Shown here: positions 32,455 to 43,300 of the stretch, in pieces
How positions within the stretch are numbered: position 1 is the first letter of the stretch
Layout of the letters: each line of letters opens with the position of its first letter
NCBI RefSeq assembly: GCF_011045215.1
Contig: NZ_CP049202.1
DNA length: 64,000 bases
Source of the DNA: Escherichia coli
GTDB taxonomy: Bacteria; Pseudomonadota; Gammaproteobacteria; Enterobacterales; Enterobacteriaceae
Direction: 5' to 3' (one strand)
Notes under the pieces: generated by a model
Told to the model about the DNA's origin: nothing
Databases searched by the model: none
The model's input: only the letters and a program-made list of their open reading frames with translations
Made by a program: the position numbers and the translations under genes

Positions 32455-32474
32455 GTTGTTTTTCTGATTTCACA

Positions 32475-33353
32475 TCATGTTTTCAGACCAAAAGAAAATG
32501 ACACCCCTCTGACTCCCCCGTTCCCCTTTATGAAGCCCGGCCCGGCACGCAGAGAGAAAACATGACCACCAACACAGAAGGGAATACTGAACAACAGTTG
32601 CGTCTCATTCACCAGACTGAATCCCAGGTCTTCTTTCCAGCCCGGACCGTAAAAACCTCCGGTATTGTTTTCCACAATGACATCACTTCCGCGCCCCATC
32701 ACACGGAACACATCCCGGAACGTATAAGTCATCCTGACGGAATAACTTCCCGCGTGCGAACCAATATCATGACGGGATGATGAGAATTCACGCAGGGATA
32801 AAAATGAGAGACCCGGACTCAGGGTAAAATTACCGGACGTTATCGTACTGCTGATTTCGGGGGAAACAATCAGGGCATTTTTTCGCTCCCACCCCAGCAC
32901 CTCTTCATAATTTTCATCACCTTCCATCCCGCGACTCATGTTGCGAACCCGGGCATATCCCACGCCCAGACCTCCCCTGACTGAAACATGTTCAGACAAC
33001 CTGACGGTGACATCTGTCCCCACAAGCGTGCCATATGACCGCCAGTGAACCACGGCACCATCATCAACATCCCCTTTCAGGTCAATATAACTTCCCCTGA
33101 GGTACACCCCGGAGCAGACCATCCCCGTGTCATACAGACATTCGCTGTGCCAGGGAACAGTCCAGCGGGAATATTTCCCCCCTCCCTCTGTCCGCAATCC
33201 GGAAGCACTGATGTCATCCGAAAAATGCATACTTAATATTCTGGCATAAGTGCCTGACAGTTCATGACTGTACCCGTAAACCGGTATGACAATACCTGCC
33301 AGAAGTAAAATGAGACGCCATGCTCCCCTGTGATGTTCCACCTGAATGTTCAT
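32475..33353 (-). CDS. Hypothetical exported/outer-membrane protein
   Basis: Track ORF 32475..33452; probable start at internal Met (MNIQ…) followed by a signal-peptide-like segment; GC-rich. Confidence 0.4.
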   Translation of the reverse strand: MNIQVEHHRGAWRLILLLAGIVIPVYGYSHELSGTYARILSMHFSDDISASGLRTEGGGKYSRWTVPWHSECLYDTGMVCSGVYLRGSYIDLKGDVDDGAVVHWRSYGTLVGTDVTVRLSEHVSVRGGLGVGYARVRNMSRGMEGDENYEEVLGWERKNALIVSPEISSTITSGNFTLSPGLSFLSLREFSSSRHDIGSHAGSYSVRMTYTFRDVFRVMGRGSDVIVENNTGGFYGPGWKEDLGFSLVNETQLLFSIPFCVGGHVFSLRAGPGFIKGNGGVRGVSFSFGLKT

Positions 33354-33387
33354 AACATCCACTCCCTGCAACCCAAAACACACCCTC

Positions 33388-34533
33388 TCACGGACAGAAT
33401 CTGTCACGGGAGACACTGTCCCCGGCCCGGGCCCGGGACGCCAGCCCCGCAAAATCCTTCCCGGTGTAATACCCTTCCGGTACCGGAAGACGCTTCATGT
33501 CCTGTCCGGGCCAGAGCTGTAATTCCGCCAGCACCGCGGCTTCCGGTCTGAGAGGGAGCGACAGGCGCAGTGGCTTCATATCGCCCCCCGGAACAGATAC
33601 GGGAAGCCGGTCCGCATCAACATCATAATTGCGCTTTATCACCAGCCACTTGTCCGGCAGAAGACACCGGCTGTTCCACCACACCCTGTCCAGCATACGG
33701 AGCTGAAAACGGGTACGGGACACCGCGCCACCTCCCAGATGAACCAGCACCTGTTTCAGCGCATTCTGCATGGCCGTTTCATACATTCGCCTGTCTGCCG
33801 TCTGTCCGCTGAAGATAAGAGAGAGGGCCACTCTTGCCCCCAGAAGATTGGACCACAGATCCTCCGGTGAAAATGCCGACACAGTTTCAGGATAACCCGG
33901 TACGGATTCGAAGCCGTACCACTGTGCAATTTCATGCCATACCGCCAGCTGGTATGCCAGACGGGCTGATATTTCCGCGGCCAGCACATAACGGTCCCGG
34001 ACGGAAGACGGGGGAGTGAATGCCCGGAAAACCAGCCGCCGTTGTGCCAGTTCATCTCTGCCCGGAGACAACACAAACGCCTGCCCCAGACGTGGCCACA
34101 GACGGGTAAAAATAAACACCGTCATATCCGCCGTATCACGGACATGCGCCGTATCAACAAATCCCCCCTGCGTGGTGAAAATGATACCGTTATGCTCTCT
34201 TCCGCCCCCTGTCAGAGACAACATGCCGGAAACAAAACTGTCGTTGTAATGGTGTCCCCCGGTACTGCCGGCCTCCACCACATTGTCCAGATGAAAGAAT
34301 GGCAATGGTGTACGGAGCCACGGCACCCTCACCCCCAGGTCATACCCAAACGCACAGCAGGCCCGTAACCCCTCCGGGGGGGATAACGGAGGCATAACCG
34401 GCCAGGCACTCGTTGTCATTTCCTTCCCGTCCAGCCATAAAGGAAGCGGAAGTGCGGCCTGCGCCTGACAACACCATAACAACAAAAATAACAACCATTT
34501 TATTTTCTGTTGTCTGTCAGTAATATATCCCAT
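33388..34533 (-). CDS. Hypothetical exported protein
   Basis: 381-aa ORF with N-terminal signal peptide (…LLWCCQAQA); GC-rich. Confidence 0.45.
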   Translation of the reverse strand: MGYITDRQQKIKWLLFLLLWCCQAQAALPLPLWLDGKEMTTSAWPVMPPLSPPEGLRACCAFGYDLGVRVPWLRTPLPFFHLDNVVEAGSTGGHHYNDSFVSGMLSLTGGGREHNGIIFTTQGGFVDTAHVRDTADMTVFIFTRLWPRLGQAFVLSPGRDELAQRRLVFRAFTPPSSVRDRYVLAAEISARLAYQLAVWHEIAQWYGFESVPGYPETVSAFSPEDLWSNLLGARVALSLIFSGQTADRRMYETAMQNALKQVLVHLGGGAVSRTRFQLRMLDRVWWNSRCLLPDKWLVIKRNYDVDADRLPVSVPGGDMKPLRLSLPLRPEAAVLAELQLWPGQDMKRLPVPEGYYTGKDFAGLASRARAGDSVSRDRFCP

Positions 34534-34625
34534 ACTGCATTATTCCGGTTATGAAATTCACTCCGCAGTAATATATGAATGCCGTTTCAGATATTACCGG
34601 ATATCAGATTTCCGTCCTGTCTTTG

Positions 34626-34931
34626 TCAGACAAGAAACCACTGTCTGGACAACCTGTTATTATTTTCGTCGTAATCCACCAGTCCGGCTTCATACAAAAA
34701 ATTCAGACAGATACAACACTGGCGCACAGACATATCCAGTCCGTACGCAATATCAATAACACGAAACAAGACTTCACCATATTTATCCTCCCGGAATTTC
34801 ATCCAGAGGAGCAGTGCTTCACAGTCATCCTGATATAATGCGGTATTGTCCCTGCGTTTCATGGTTTTGTCACACATAGATAATCTCCTGTGCATGCGGG
34901 AATAACATACACATTGCAACAAATATTCCAC
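34626..34931 (-). CDS. Hypothetical small protein
   Basis: 101-aa ORF in operon-like context; no recognisable motif. Confidence 0.25.
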   Translation of the reverse strand: MEYLLQCVCYSRMHRRLSMCDKTMKRRDNTALYQDDCEALLLWMKFREDKYGEVLFRVIDIAYGLDMSVRQCCICLNFLYEAGLVDYDENNNRLSRQWFLV

Positions 34932-35074
34932 AAAGATATTAATATATTAAATTTTATTATCGTCAGCCCGGCATTATTTCTTTTTTGTGCACCCGCTGAA
35001 TCTAATCATGGTATTTATCCTGATACGGCGATAATTATATTATCGCCGTATCCACCGGGCTGTCTTCTCCAGGT

Positions 35075-36028
35075 TCAGAACCGGTATTCACCGGAAACAA
35101 AAAAACTTTTCCGCTTTTCAAACCCCGCTTCGGCGATAAGACTGAAGTGCCGGCTGGGGTCATAGCGTATGCCAGCCAGCATGTTCCACGGTTTTTTCAG
35201 ATGCTGCCTGACATCAAAACGCGCATCCCCCGTTTTATTCAGTTGTGACAACCCCGCCTGCAGTGCAGGTGATGGCATATTCAGGTCATTCAGTTTACCC
35301 CTGAAGCGCTGTTCAACATCCTGGTACATCCCCCCGACCCATACACTCATTCTGCCCGCAGAACTCTGCAGTACCGGTACCGAAGGGACATCAAAGTAAT
35401 ACCCCACCCGGGGTGAGAATGTGACAGTATCAATATGACCATCAAGAATATCAAAGCGTGTCTGCGTATAATTGGCATCCAGCGAGGTGAACCAGTTATT
35501 CATCCCGCCCACCAGGGTGGTGCCGACACCATATGTGGTTCCCTGAAAATCCAGACGGAACTTCAGGTTCTGTGTACCGGCCCCCGGAAACGCCCCGCCG
35601 GTAAACAGAGGTGTTCGGACCCGGATATCTGATACAGACTGTCCGGTTGTTTTTCCCAGAAGCCCATACAGATTCATAAAAGGAAACACCCATGCATCAA
35701 ACCGGAGTGTTCCGGTATGACTTTTCTGTCGGGTCTTTCCGGCATCAATATGTACAATATTATCCAGAGGAAGTCTGCCCAGGTGTAACCCGGAAAACCG
35801 GATACTGTCCACCGATATCCCCTGCCGGATTTGCATATAATTCAGATTAACACCAAATGGTTCCGGCAGTTCATAACCTTCTGCCAGCTCCCGGAAAAAC
35901 GGCAGTACAGACTGTTCACGTCTGACTTCCGGAGCAGCAGACACTTCAGCAGCCCCCGCCTGGTGACTGAATACCCCCGGCAGAACAGCAGCCATCAGGG
36001 CCGCCTGAATACAGCTTTTCATCATCAT
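35075..36028 (-). CDS. Putative outer-membrane beta-barrel protein
   Basis: 317-aa ORF with signal peptide (…SHQAGA), alternating-hydrophobic pattern, C-terminal …GEYRF; immediately downstream of virK-like gene. Confidence 0.45.
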   Translation of the reverse strand: MMMKSCIQAALMAAVLPGVFSHQAGAAEVSAAPEVRREQSVLPFFRELAEGYELPEPFGVNLNYMQIRQGISVDSIRFSGLHLGRLPLDNIVHIDAGKTRQKSHTGTLRFDAWVFPFMNLYGLLGKTTGQSVSDIRVRTPLFTGGAFPGAGTQNLKFRLDFQGTTYGVGTTLVGGMNNWFTSLDANYTQTRFDILDGHIDTVTFSPRVGYYFDVPSVPVLQSSAGRMSVWVGGMYQDVEQRFRGKLNDLNMPSPALQAGLSQLNKTGDARFDVRQHLKKPWNMLAGIRYDPSRHFSLIAEAGFEKRKSFFVSGEYRF

Positions 36029-36033
36029 CCTGG

Positions 36034-36975
36034 TTACATCAGCGTTATTGTGTTTCTGAAATCACAGCCATTCTGCTGTGCAGCCATCAGCCCTCGCCGT
36101 ACCTCATCAAGCAGGGCATTTCGCCTTCTGTACTCAGCCCGTTTTCTTGCAGGGATTTCACCGGCATCTTTACGGGGTAGTTCCGGAGGCAGGTACCAGA
36201 ACCCATCAAAATATTTTCCTCCGGCAGACTTCCAGCACTCACTGTAACGGGCAACAAACCGGCCCTTTTTCTGGTAAAAATAACGCAACTGCCGCATCAC
36301 ATGATTGTCCTCACTGACAGCCACTATCCCCCCGGCTCCGCACATCCCTGCCACCACACTCAGTGCCTCACAGAGCAGACGGCGCGGAAACAGGCCATAA
36401 CAGGCACGGGTGGCCTCCCGGATAATCGCTGTGCCCGTCCCCGCTGCAGGCCCCTGCAATCCCCCGACAAACACCATCCGGTGCCCCTGCCAGTAAAGAA
36501 GTGTGAAGGAAATACGGGTGATAACCTCACCATTAAAACGCAGTATCAGCATCAGCTCCCCCTCGCGGTCAAAGCCACAGGGGGAACAACTGATATCCAG
36601 CCACCTGCCGTCCTTCCCTTCGGTGCGGACAAGCGATGTTTCCCGGCTGACGTTCAGCATTCGCCTGACCTCCTGCGGAAGGCTCCGGATAAGATGATAA
36701 TGGTCAAGAACTGCCTGTACCCGGAATCCGGTGCGACTGTTCCGGAAGAGATAGGGACGGTGAATCTTGGCCGGTAAGGTCGGGTTGACCTCAAGAAGAT
36801 CGTCGATATCGCTCAGTTCACACAGGGCACGAAAATAATGGGTTGTGATCAGAGGATGACAACAACAACGCAGCAGAAATTTATAACGAAACTTTCTGTC
36901 CTCCCACTTCCCTCTGTGGAAAGTACGGCCAGTCATCAGTTTCACAACAAGCGAAATAACAGACAGATTACTCAT
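36034..36975 (-). CDS. virK: VirK-family (DUF535-like) protein
   Basis: 313-aa ORF; size and position after deacetylase and glycosyltransferase match the shf-capU-virK arrangement of Shigella/EAEC plasmids. Confidence 0.5.
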   Translation of the reverse strand: MSNLSVISLVVKLMTGRTFHRGKWEDRKFRYKFLLRCCCHPLITTHYFRALCELSDIDDLLEVNPTLPAKIHRPYLFRNSRTGFRVQAVLDHYHLIRSLPQEVRRMLNVSRETSLVRTEGKDGRWLDISCSPCGFDREGELMLILRFNGEVITRISFTLLYWQGHRMVFVGGLQGPAAGTGTAIIREATRACYGLFPRRLLCEALSVVAGMCGAGGIVAVSEDNHVMRQLRYFYQKKGRFVARYSECWKSAGGKYFDGFWYLPPELPRKDAGEIPARKRAEYRRRNALLDEVRRGLMAAQQNGCDFRNTITLM

Positions 36976-37056
36976 AATATTCAGATGGTATGTCAGATAT
37001 CAGATAACACAGTCCATAACTCAAAAACAAAATACCCGTCTCCTGTACAGGCAACA

Positions 37057-38160
37057 TCAGAAGGGCAGACAGCCCAGCGACAACAGCCTGTCAAGGGTTA
37101 CCTCCATACTGAAACGACTCATCACATCCCTGCGGGCCATGGCCGCCATTTCCGCGAACCCGGCCGGTGCGGACAGGTACGCACGCAGGGCTTCCAGCCA
37201 GGCCTGCCGGTTATCCGGCGGGAGCAGAATACCGGTCCGCTCATGATGAATGACGGAAGATAACCCTCCTGTATTACTGGCCATTACCGGCACACCACAT
37301 GCAGCAGCCTCCACTGCAGCCATACCAAATGATTCACAGGTGGAAGGCATCACCATCAGGGAAGCCACCCTGTAGAGCGGATATACCGGCGTAAGATAAC
37401 CGCATATCAGTACACCCCCTTCCATCCCCAGCGCATGAATTTTACGGCGTAACAGGCGCTCCTCTTCCGGACGCCCGCCACCGACTATCAGCCAGTGAAA
37501 CTGGCCTCCCTCACGTTTCAGATGAAAGAGTGTTTTCAGCATGAAATCCAGGCCTTTCTCCGGACGTAACATTCCGATCTGAACAATGACCGGATGAGGT
37601 GCTCTCGCTTCCAGCCATTCACGAACATGTTCCGGCAGGGGCATGCTCATGGCTTCCCGGATTGCATCAAAATCAAATCCCGGTGAAACCACCCGGATGG
37701 TGTTTGTACATCCCGCAGCCTGCAGCGCCTCCTTCATCGCCTGTCCGGGGACAGCAACGGCATCACAGAAGTGATTCAGCGAAAACACCTCCATCTTTCG
37801 GGTCAGATATGTCTTCTGACGGACAATACTGAACCTGCCCGCCCCTCCGGTAAGCGTGGCCCGGGTCAGAGCCACTGTGTTACTGTCATGTCCGCTGTGA
37901 CACACCACCATATCCGGCCGGAAAGTCAGAACAAGACGACGGAGTCGCCAGACTGATGAAAAATGCAGACTGTTCCTGAAAGGAATATATGTAACCGCAG
38001 TCTGCTGCCTGACCGCTTCCGCGGCTATCCGGCTGTTTTCGCGACATGCCAGCATGACACTGTGCCCGGCACGCTGCATTGCAGCCATCTGAGCCAGCGC
38101 CTGCAACTCCTGACCACCAATATTGGGAGAGGATTCGGTATAAAGAATTTTCATCACCAC
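37057..38160 (-). CDS. capU: Family-1 glycosyltransferase (CapU/RfbU/WabB-like hexosyltransferase)
   Basis: 367-aa ORF with GT-B features (N-terminal …NIGGQE…, C-terminal E-x7-E-like region). Confidence 0.7.
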   Translation of the reverse strand: MVMKILYTESSPNIGGQELQALAQMAAMQRAGHSVMLACRENSRIAAEAVRQQTAVTYIPFRNSLHFSSVWRLRRLVLTFRPDMVVCHSGHDSNTVALTRATLTGGAGRFSIVRQKTYLTRKMEVFSLNHFCDAVAVPGQAMKEALQAAGCTNTIRVVSPGFDFDAIREAMSMPLPEHVREWLEARAPHPVIVQIGMLRPEKGLDFMLKTLFHLKREGGQFHWLIVGGGRPEEERLLRRKIHALGMEGGVLICGYLTPVYPLYRVASLMVMPSTCESFGMAAVEAAACGVPVMASNTGGLSSVIHHERTGILLPPDNRQAWLEALRAYLSAPAGFAEMAAMARRDVMSRFSMEVTLDRLLSLGCLPF

Positions 38161-38163
38161 CTC

Positions 38164-38994
38164 TCAGTCATCATTCAGCCGGGGCCCCTTATGAAGGGCC
38201 AGAAGCGATGAAAAAAACGGAGTGGTGTAATAAAAGAGACGGCGCTTCAGCCAGCCGGAATGTTCACGCTCCTTTGTACTGATACGCCCGATACGCCGGG
38301 GACCCGCCACCGGTGAATTCATCCGCCGCTCAGTGGTGTAGAGGTGGGTGAATCCCAGTTTCTCCGCCACCCTGATATAGTCCGGATTGTAATACCCCTC
38401 CGGCCAGCATAAATGACGACTGCATGAACCGGTCATTTGCCTCATTCGCGCCTGTCCGAGAAGAATATCGGACTCAAGAAAGACGGACGGCTCACGGACG
38501 TTATCCAGCAGATCCCAGCGACGGTGGGTATGTGTGTGCAGATGAAACTCGACCAGCCCGCTCCGGCTCATTTCCCTGACCTCAGACCAGCGCAGCATGA
38601 CATCATCAGCCCGCCCCTGTGCAATCAGGGTCTCGCATTCCCGGTGAGAAAACATATGACGCCCCCCGCTTTCTTCATGTTGCCGGGCGGGACCATCACC
38701 GATAAGCCCCGTGACAAGAAAGATATGAGCCCGGAGACCAAATGCCTGTAACACCGGAAAGGCATAAAACCAGTTATCCAGGTAGCCGTCATCAAAGGTC
38801 AGCATGACGCTTTTGCGTGGCAGTTTCCCGCCACAATAAAAGAATTCCATTTCAGCTGCCGAAACAGTTTTCCAGCCATTTTCAGCCAGCCACTGCATCT
38901 GCTCACGGAAAGTCCGGAGTGAAAGCGTCACCAGCCCTGGATTATTACTGATATGGTGATACATTAATACAGGTAAGTAATGTGCATAAAGCAT
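38164..38994 (-). CDS. shf: Polysaccharide deacetylase-family protein (Shf/IcaB-like)
   Basis: 276-aa ORF with TFDDGY motif characteristic of NodB-type deacetylases; first gene of cluster. Confidence 0.7.
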   Translation of the reverse strand: MLYAHYLPVLMYHHISNNPGLVTLSLRTFREQMQWLAENGWKTVSAAEMEFFYCGGKLPRKSVMLTFDDGYLDNWFYAFPVLQAFGLRAHIFLVTGLIGDGPARQHEESGGRHMFSHRECETLIAQGRADDVMLRWSEVREMSRSGLVEFHLHTHTHRRWDLLDNVREPSVFLESDILLGQARMRQMTGSCSRHLCWPEGYYNPDYIRVAEKLGFTHLYTTERRMNSPVAGPRRIGRISTKEREHSGWLKRRLFYYTTPFFSSLLALHKGPRLNDD

Positions 38995-39179
38995 TTTATG
39001 ATATAACTTAATAAAATAAGTGATTTTTAACCATCTAAAACAAATATTTTATTTATTGAAATGATTTTGCTACACGCTGTCTTGTCTTTTTATGCAAACA
39101 CCCGGCATTAAAAGTTATTTTTTCGGGAATGCTGAATGCACCTCGCATATATAGCCTTCCTAAAATAGGAGTAAAAACT

Positions 39180-40085
39180 TCATTTTAAAAATGAAGAGAT
39201 TTTAACTATGTCTCCAAGAGAAGGTAGTTTATCTCTTGAAACAAGAAAGGAGTCACTCACCACTGGCATGTAATACTCAAAAAAATACTCCCCCTCTTTC
39301 TGATTGTGTTTCTCTATTATTTCAATATCACCCCCATTCAATCTGTTTAATCCATAAAAACCAAGTACATTCATATATATATGGTTTATAAAGTGTATAT
39401 ATTGCTGTTTTGTTCCTGTGAATTTAAAACCAGCATAAAGACCTTTTTTTAAAGTTAAAAATGAATTATTGTCTCGAGTCTTTTCCTTCCAAACCTTACT
39501 CTCTATAATGAAATCCTCACTTCGTTTTTGCCCTTGATAAACCTCATTTGAGATAATCAGAAAGGGGAGGGAATGGGAAAGTAACTTTTCAATTCTATCC
39601 CACCTTTTGGTGGCGCAATTAATAGTATAAGGTATCATTCCTTTATAAACATACAAATCTGCGAAAATCTTTTTCATTTCACAATCGAAGTAATAAAAAT
39701 CAGGACTCTCAAACTCAGGATTAACCGTCAGAGGACCACTGATGTTATGAAACACCCACACTTTATTTTCCCTGTACTGTTTTGGTGTATATCCTGTATG
39801 CTTCTTAAATTCTCTTGTAAAAGTTTGTTGTGAGTCATAACACAATGTTGTAGATATAACTGACAACGGCAGGTTGGTCAATCGTAGAAGAACAGCGCTA
39901 CGGCTAACTCTGCGTAGTCTGATGTATTTACCCACAGGCATACCAACAAATCGTTTAAATAATAATTGTAAATTACGTCTACTATACCCAGAACGGGTAA
40001 CAAGGCTATCTATATCTATATTATAGATATCTAAATTATCTTCAATATATTGAAGAATCTCTTTTATTGTAAGAAGTCTTATCAT
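39180..40085 (-). CDS. AraC-family transcriptional regulator with C-terminal GyrI-like domain (paralogue of 31615..32454)
   Basis: 301-aa ORF; N-terminal AraC HTH (…DSQQTFTREFKK…TPKQYR); AT-rich; between TAA gene and shf. Confidence 0.7.
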   Translation of the reverse strand: MIRLLTIKEILQYIEDNLDIYNIDIDSLVTRSGYSRRNLQLLFKRFVGMPVGKYIRLRRVSRSAVLLRLTNLPLSVISTTLCYDSQQTFTREFKKHTGYTPKQYRENKVWVFHNISGPLTVNPEFESPDFYYFDCEMKKIFADLYVYKGMIPYTINCATKRWDRIEKLLSHSLPFLIISNEVYQGQKRSEDFIIESKVWKEKTRDNNSFLTLKKGLYAGFKFTGTKQQYIHFINHIYMNVLGFYGLNRLNGGDIEIIEKHNQKEGEYFFEYYMPVVSDSFLVSRDKLPSLGDIVKISSFLK

Positions 40086-40384
40086 ATCTTGACCTTATAC
40101 ATCACCGGGAAGCATACGCCAGAAAGCAATTAAGCATGTTTGTGCTTTTTATTTATTGTTTTTTTGTGCACTCAACACTTTATTCTCTATATAAACCCAT
40201 GTTAAAAATGTTAAATTATATTTTGCCATAAACAATGAAGTATTTAACCCCAATAAACAAACCACTATTTACACATGATTAATCATGCAAATGGATACCA
40301 ATTTATTGAGGCTGTTACCGTGGTTAATTAACGTAATATTATTCGGTTAATTATTATTAACAGTAATGTCATATAAATATAAAA

Positions 40385-43300
40385 TTACCATTGATAACCA
40401 ACCCCCACAGAAGCACCAAAGTCATTCTGGGTATTCCCGCCAGCATGTAATTTCGTTATCCAGTGTCCATTTTGTGATATATGAGAAACACCTACAGCAA
40501 TTGCCGATTCGCCACCATAGGTACCTGCAGATACTCCGACCAGACTTGAATCGGGCTGATAGGCCTGTGGAATTCCTGATAAAGCCATCGATGTTGCGAT
40601 ACCTGCAGTCAGTTTTGTTTTCATATCCCCCATCTTTTTATCAAGAGAATCCACCTTTCTGTCGGTATACTGTTTTAAACTGGAGAAACTTTCATTAAGC
40701 TGTCCTACAGTTACAGCATCAGATCGGTTAACTCCCGGAGCAACATTGGTTATTCTTCGCTGATTCAGTGAAGAGCCAACTGACACTGTGTTATCCTCAC
40801 TTGCTACAGAATTACTCCCGAGGGCCACGCTATTTTTTGATGAAACAGTACTTTTGTTCCCAATACCAATGCTGTTTTCTCCGGTTACATTCACATCAGC
40901 ACCAACTGCAATGGCATTATCTTTTTCTGCTCTGGCGTTACCTCCTAAAGCGATTGCATTTTTACCGGTGGCTTTAGGTTTCATTGTTTTTTCTGAGTTT
41001 ACTGCCAACATTGATGCATCTCCTATACTGCCTGAAACCTCTTTTAACTGGCTGACAGTCACTACATCATTATCATTGACCCCTTCTTTCACCCCTGTTA
41101 TTTGTCGATTACCATCAGTACCACTGACGGTTATTTTCTCGCCGCCACTATTTTTTGCTATTGTCACCTCAGAAAGATTTGAGGATTGCTGAACCAGACC
41201 GACTTTTCCGTCTTCAATGTCTTTTATTCCTGAACTTAACTTATTTATTTCAGTTGTATTCTGGGCAACTTTTTGATTCGTTTCATATAACTGTTTACCA
41301 TTTACAGCATCAGTACTGGTTGCACTGACTGCTCCATCGGCAATCCCTGTTAGAACCCTTTCACCATCCGTCCCGCGAAAATCGACCAGTGCTCCTCCAC
41401 TTCCGGAACCAACAGATATTACTTTGTTGTTTGCATTCTGTTGTACCAAACCACTTTGTCCAGCCTGAAGAGAGTTAATCTTTGATATATTTTCAGTTAA
41501 CGTATTGTCAACAGCAATAAACGCATCCCCCACGTTATATTTACTCTGTCCCTGAATGATATAAACAGGATTTCTGAACTGACTAATATTATCGAATGAA
41601 GCCCCACCACCAAGAGCTGTAGCCACTGAACTCAGGACGGTATTTGTCTGATAAAGCTGACTGCCGGTCACGGCTTCGCTGCTGTCCGCTGCTAGAGTAC
41701 CATCCCGAACGCCGGTCAGGGTACGGACACCGTCCGTACCGGTCAGATCCACTGATGTTCCCCCACTGGCTGCTGCAACGCTGACCACCCGGGATGTCGG
41801 ATCCTGACGTACCAGCCCCACGGAGCCACTGCTGATATTATTCACGTCATTCTGCAGTGTGGTTATATTGCCGGTGTTCGCGGTGACCGAGGTATCCAGT
41901 GCCGTCAGGGCATCCCCCACAGTTGAGCGGCCACTGCCCTGAATCTGATAAGTTGGTGCAGTGAAGGAGCCATCCGTTGCGATGGCGGCCCCGCCACCAA
42001 GACTCTGTGTCAGGCCGGACAGCTGTCCCGTATGCTGTGTCAGTGTCTGCCCCTGGGTTGTGAGGGTTCCGGTGTTGGTGGCGATCGCTGCAGTGTTGGT
42101 GGTCACATTCTGGTTGGTGGTAAAAAGCTGACTGCCGGTCACGGCTTCGCTGCTGTCCGCTGCTAGAGTACCATCCCGGACGCCGGTCAGGGTACGGACA
42201 CCGTCCGTACCGGTCAGATCCACTGATGTTCCCCCACTGGCTGCTGCAACGCTGACCACCCGGGATGTCGGATCCTGACGTACCAGCCCCACGGAGCCAC
42301 TGCTGATATTATTCACGTCATTCTGCAGTGTGGTTATATTGCCGGTGTTCGCGGTGACCGAGGTATCCAGTGCCGTCAGGGCATCCCCCACAGTTGAGCG
42401 GCCACTGCCCTGAATCTGATAAGTTGGTGCAGTGAAGGAGCCATCCGTTGCGATGGCGGCCCCGCCACCAAGACTCTGTGTCAGGCCGGACAGCTGTCCC
42501 GTATGCTGTGTCAGTGTCTGCCCCTGGGTTGTGAGGGTTCCGGTGTTGGTGGCGATCGCTGCAGTGTTGGTGGTCACATTCTGGTTGGTGGTAAAAAGCT
42601 GACTGCCGGTCACGGCTTCGCTGCTGTCCGCTGCTAGAGTACCATCCCGGACGCCGGTCAGGGTACGGACACCGTCCGTACCGGTCAGATCCACTGATGT
42701 TCCCCCACTGGCTGCTGCAACGCTGACCACCCGGGATGTCGGATCCTGACGTACCAGCCCCACGGAGCCACTGCTGATATTATTCACGTCATTCTGCAGT
42801 GTGGTTATATTGCCGGTGTTCGCGGTGACCGAGGTATCCAGTGCCGTCAGGGCATCCCCCACAGTTGAGCGGTCACTGCCCTGAATCTGATAAGTTGGTG
42901 CAGTGAAGGAGCCATCCGTTGCGATGGCGGCCCCGCCCCCCAAAGAGTCGGCAATATTATTAATGTTATTACCGGATTGTGTTAGTGCACTGTTCGTTGC
43001 AAAAAGCTGGCTGCCGTTAACAGCGTCAGTACTGATTCCGGATATTCGTCCGGCTGCAACATTTTGCAGCTGACGTTCTTTCCCTGTATCACCAATACTC
43101 AGGGCTGCTACCGGACTGGTACCTGCGTAGGTATATTCCTTATTATTTATGATACCGGATGTTGTTGCAGTCACAGCGGCTGTTTTTGCCTCACTCCCTA
43201 AAGCCACATCGCCATCATTTGATGAAGATGCTCCCATTCCAATGGCCACACTATTATCGCCCCCGGCATTTGAAACAGACCCCAGAGAAATACTGGAATC

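Noticed and set aside
35075-36028. Possibility that the gene after virK is msbB2 (lipid A acyltransferase), as in Shigella/pO157 operons
   Set aside because: The protein has a cleavable signal peptide and a C-terminal aromatic beta-barrel-like ending rather than an acyltransferase signature; called an OM beta-barrel of unknown function instead
36301-36777. Plus-strand ORFs (158 aa and others) across the shf-capU-virK cluster
   Set aside because: Antisense to well-supported minus-strand genes in GC-rich sequence; no start-site or motif support
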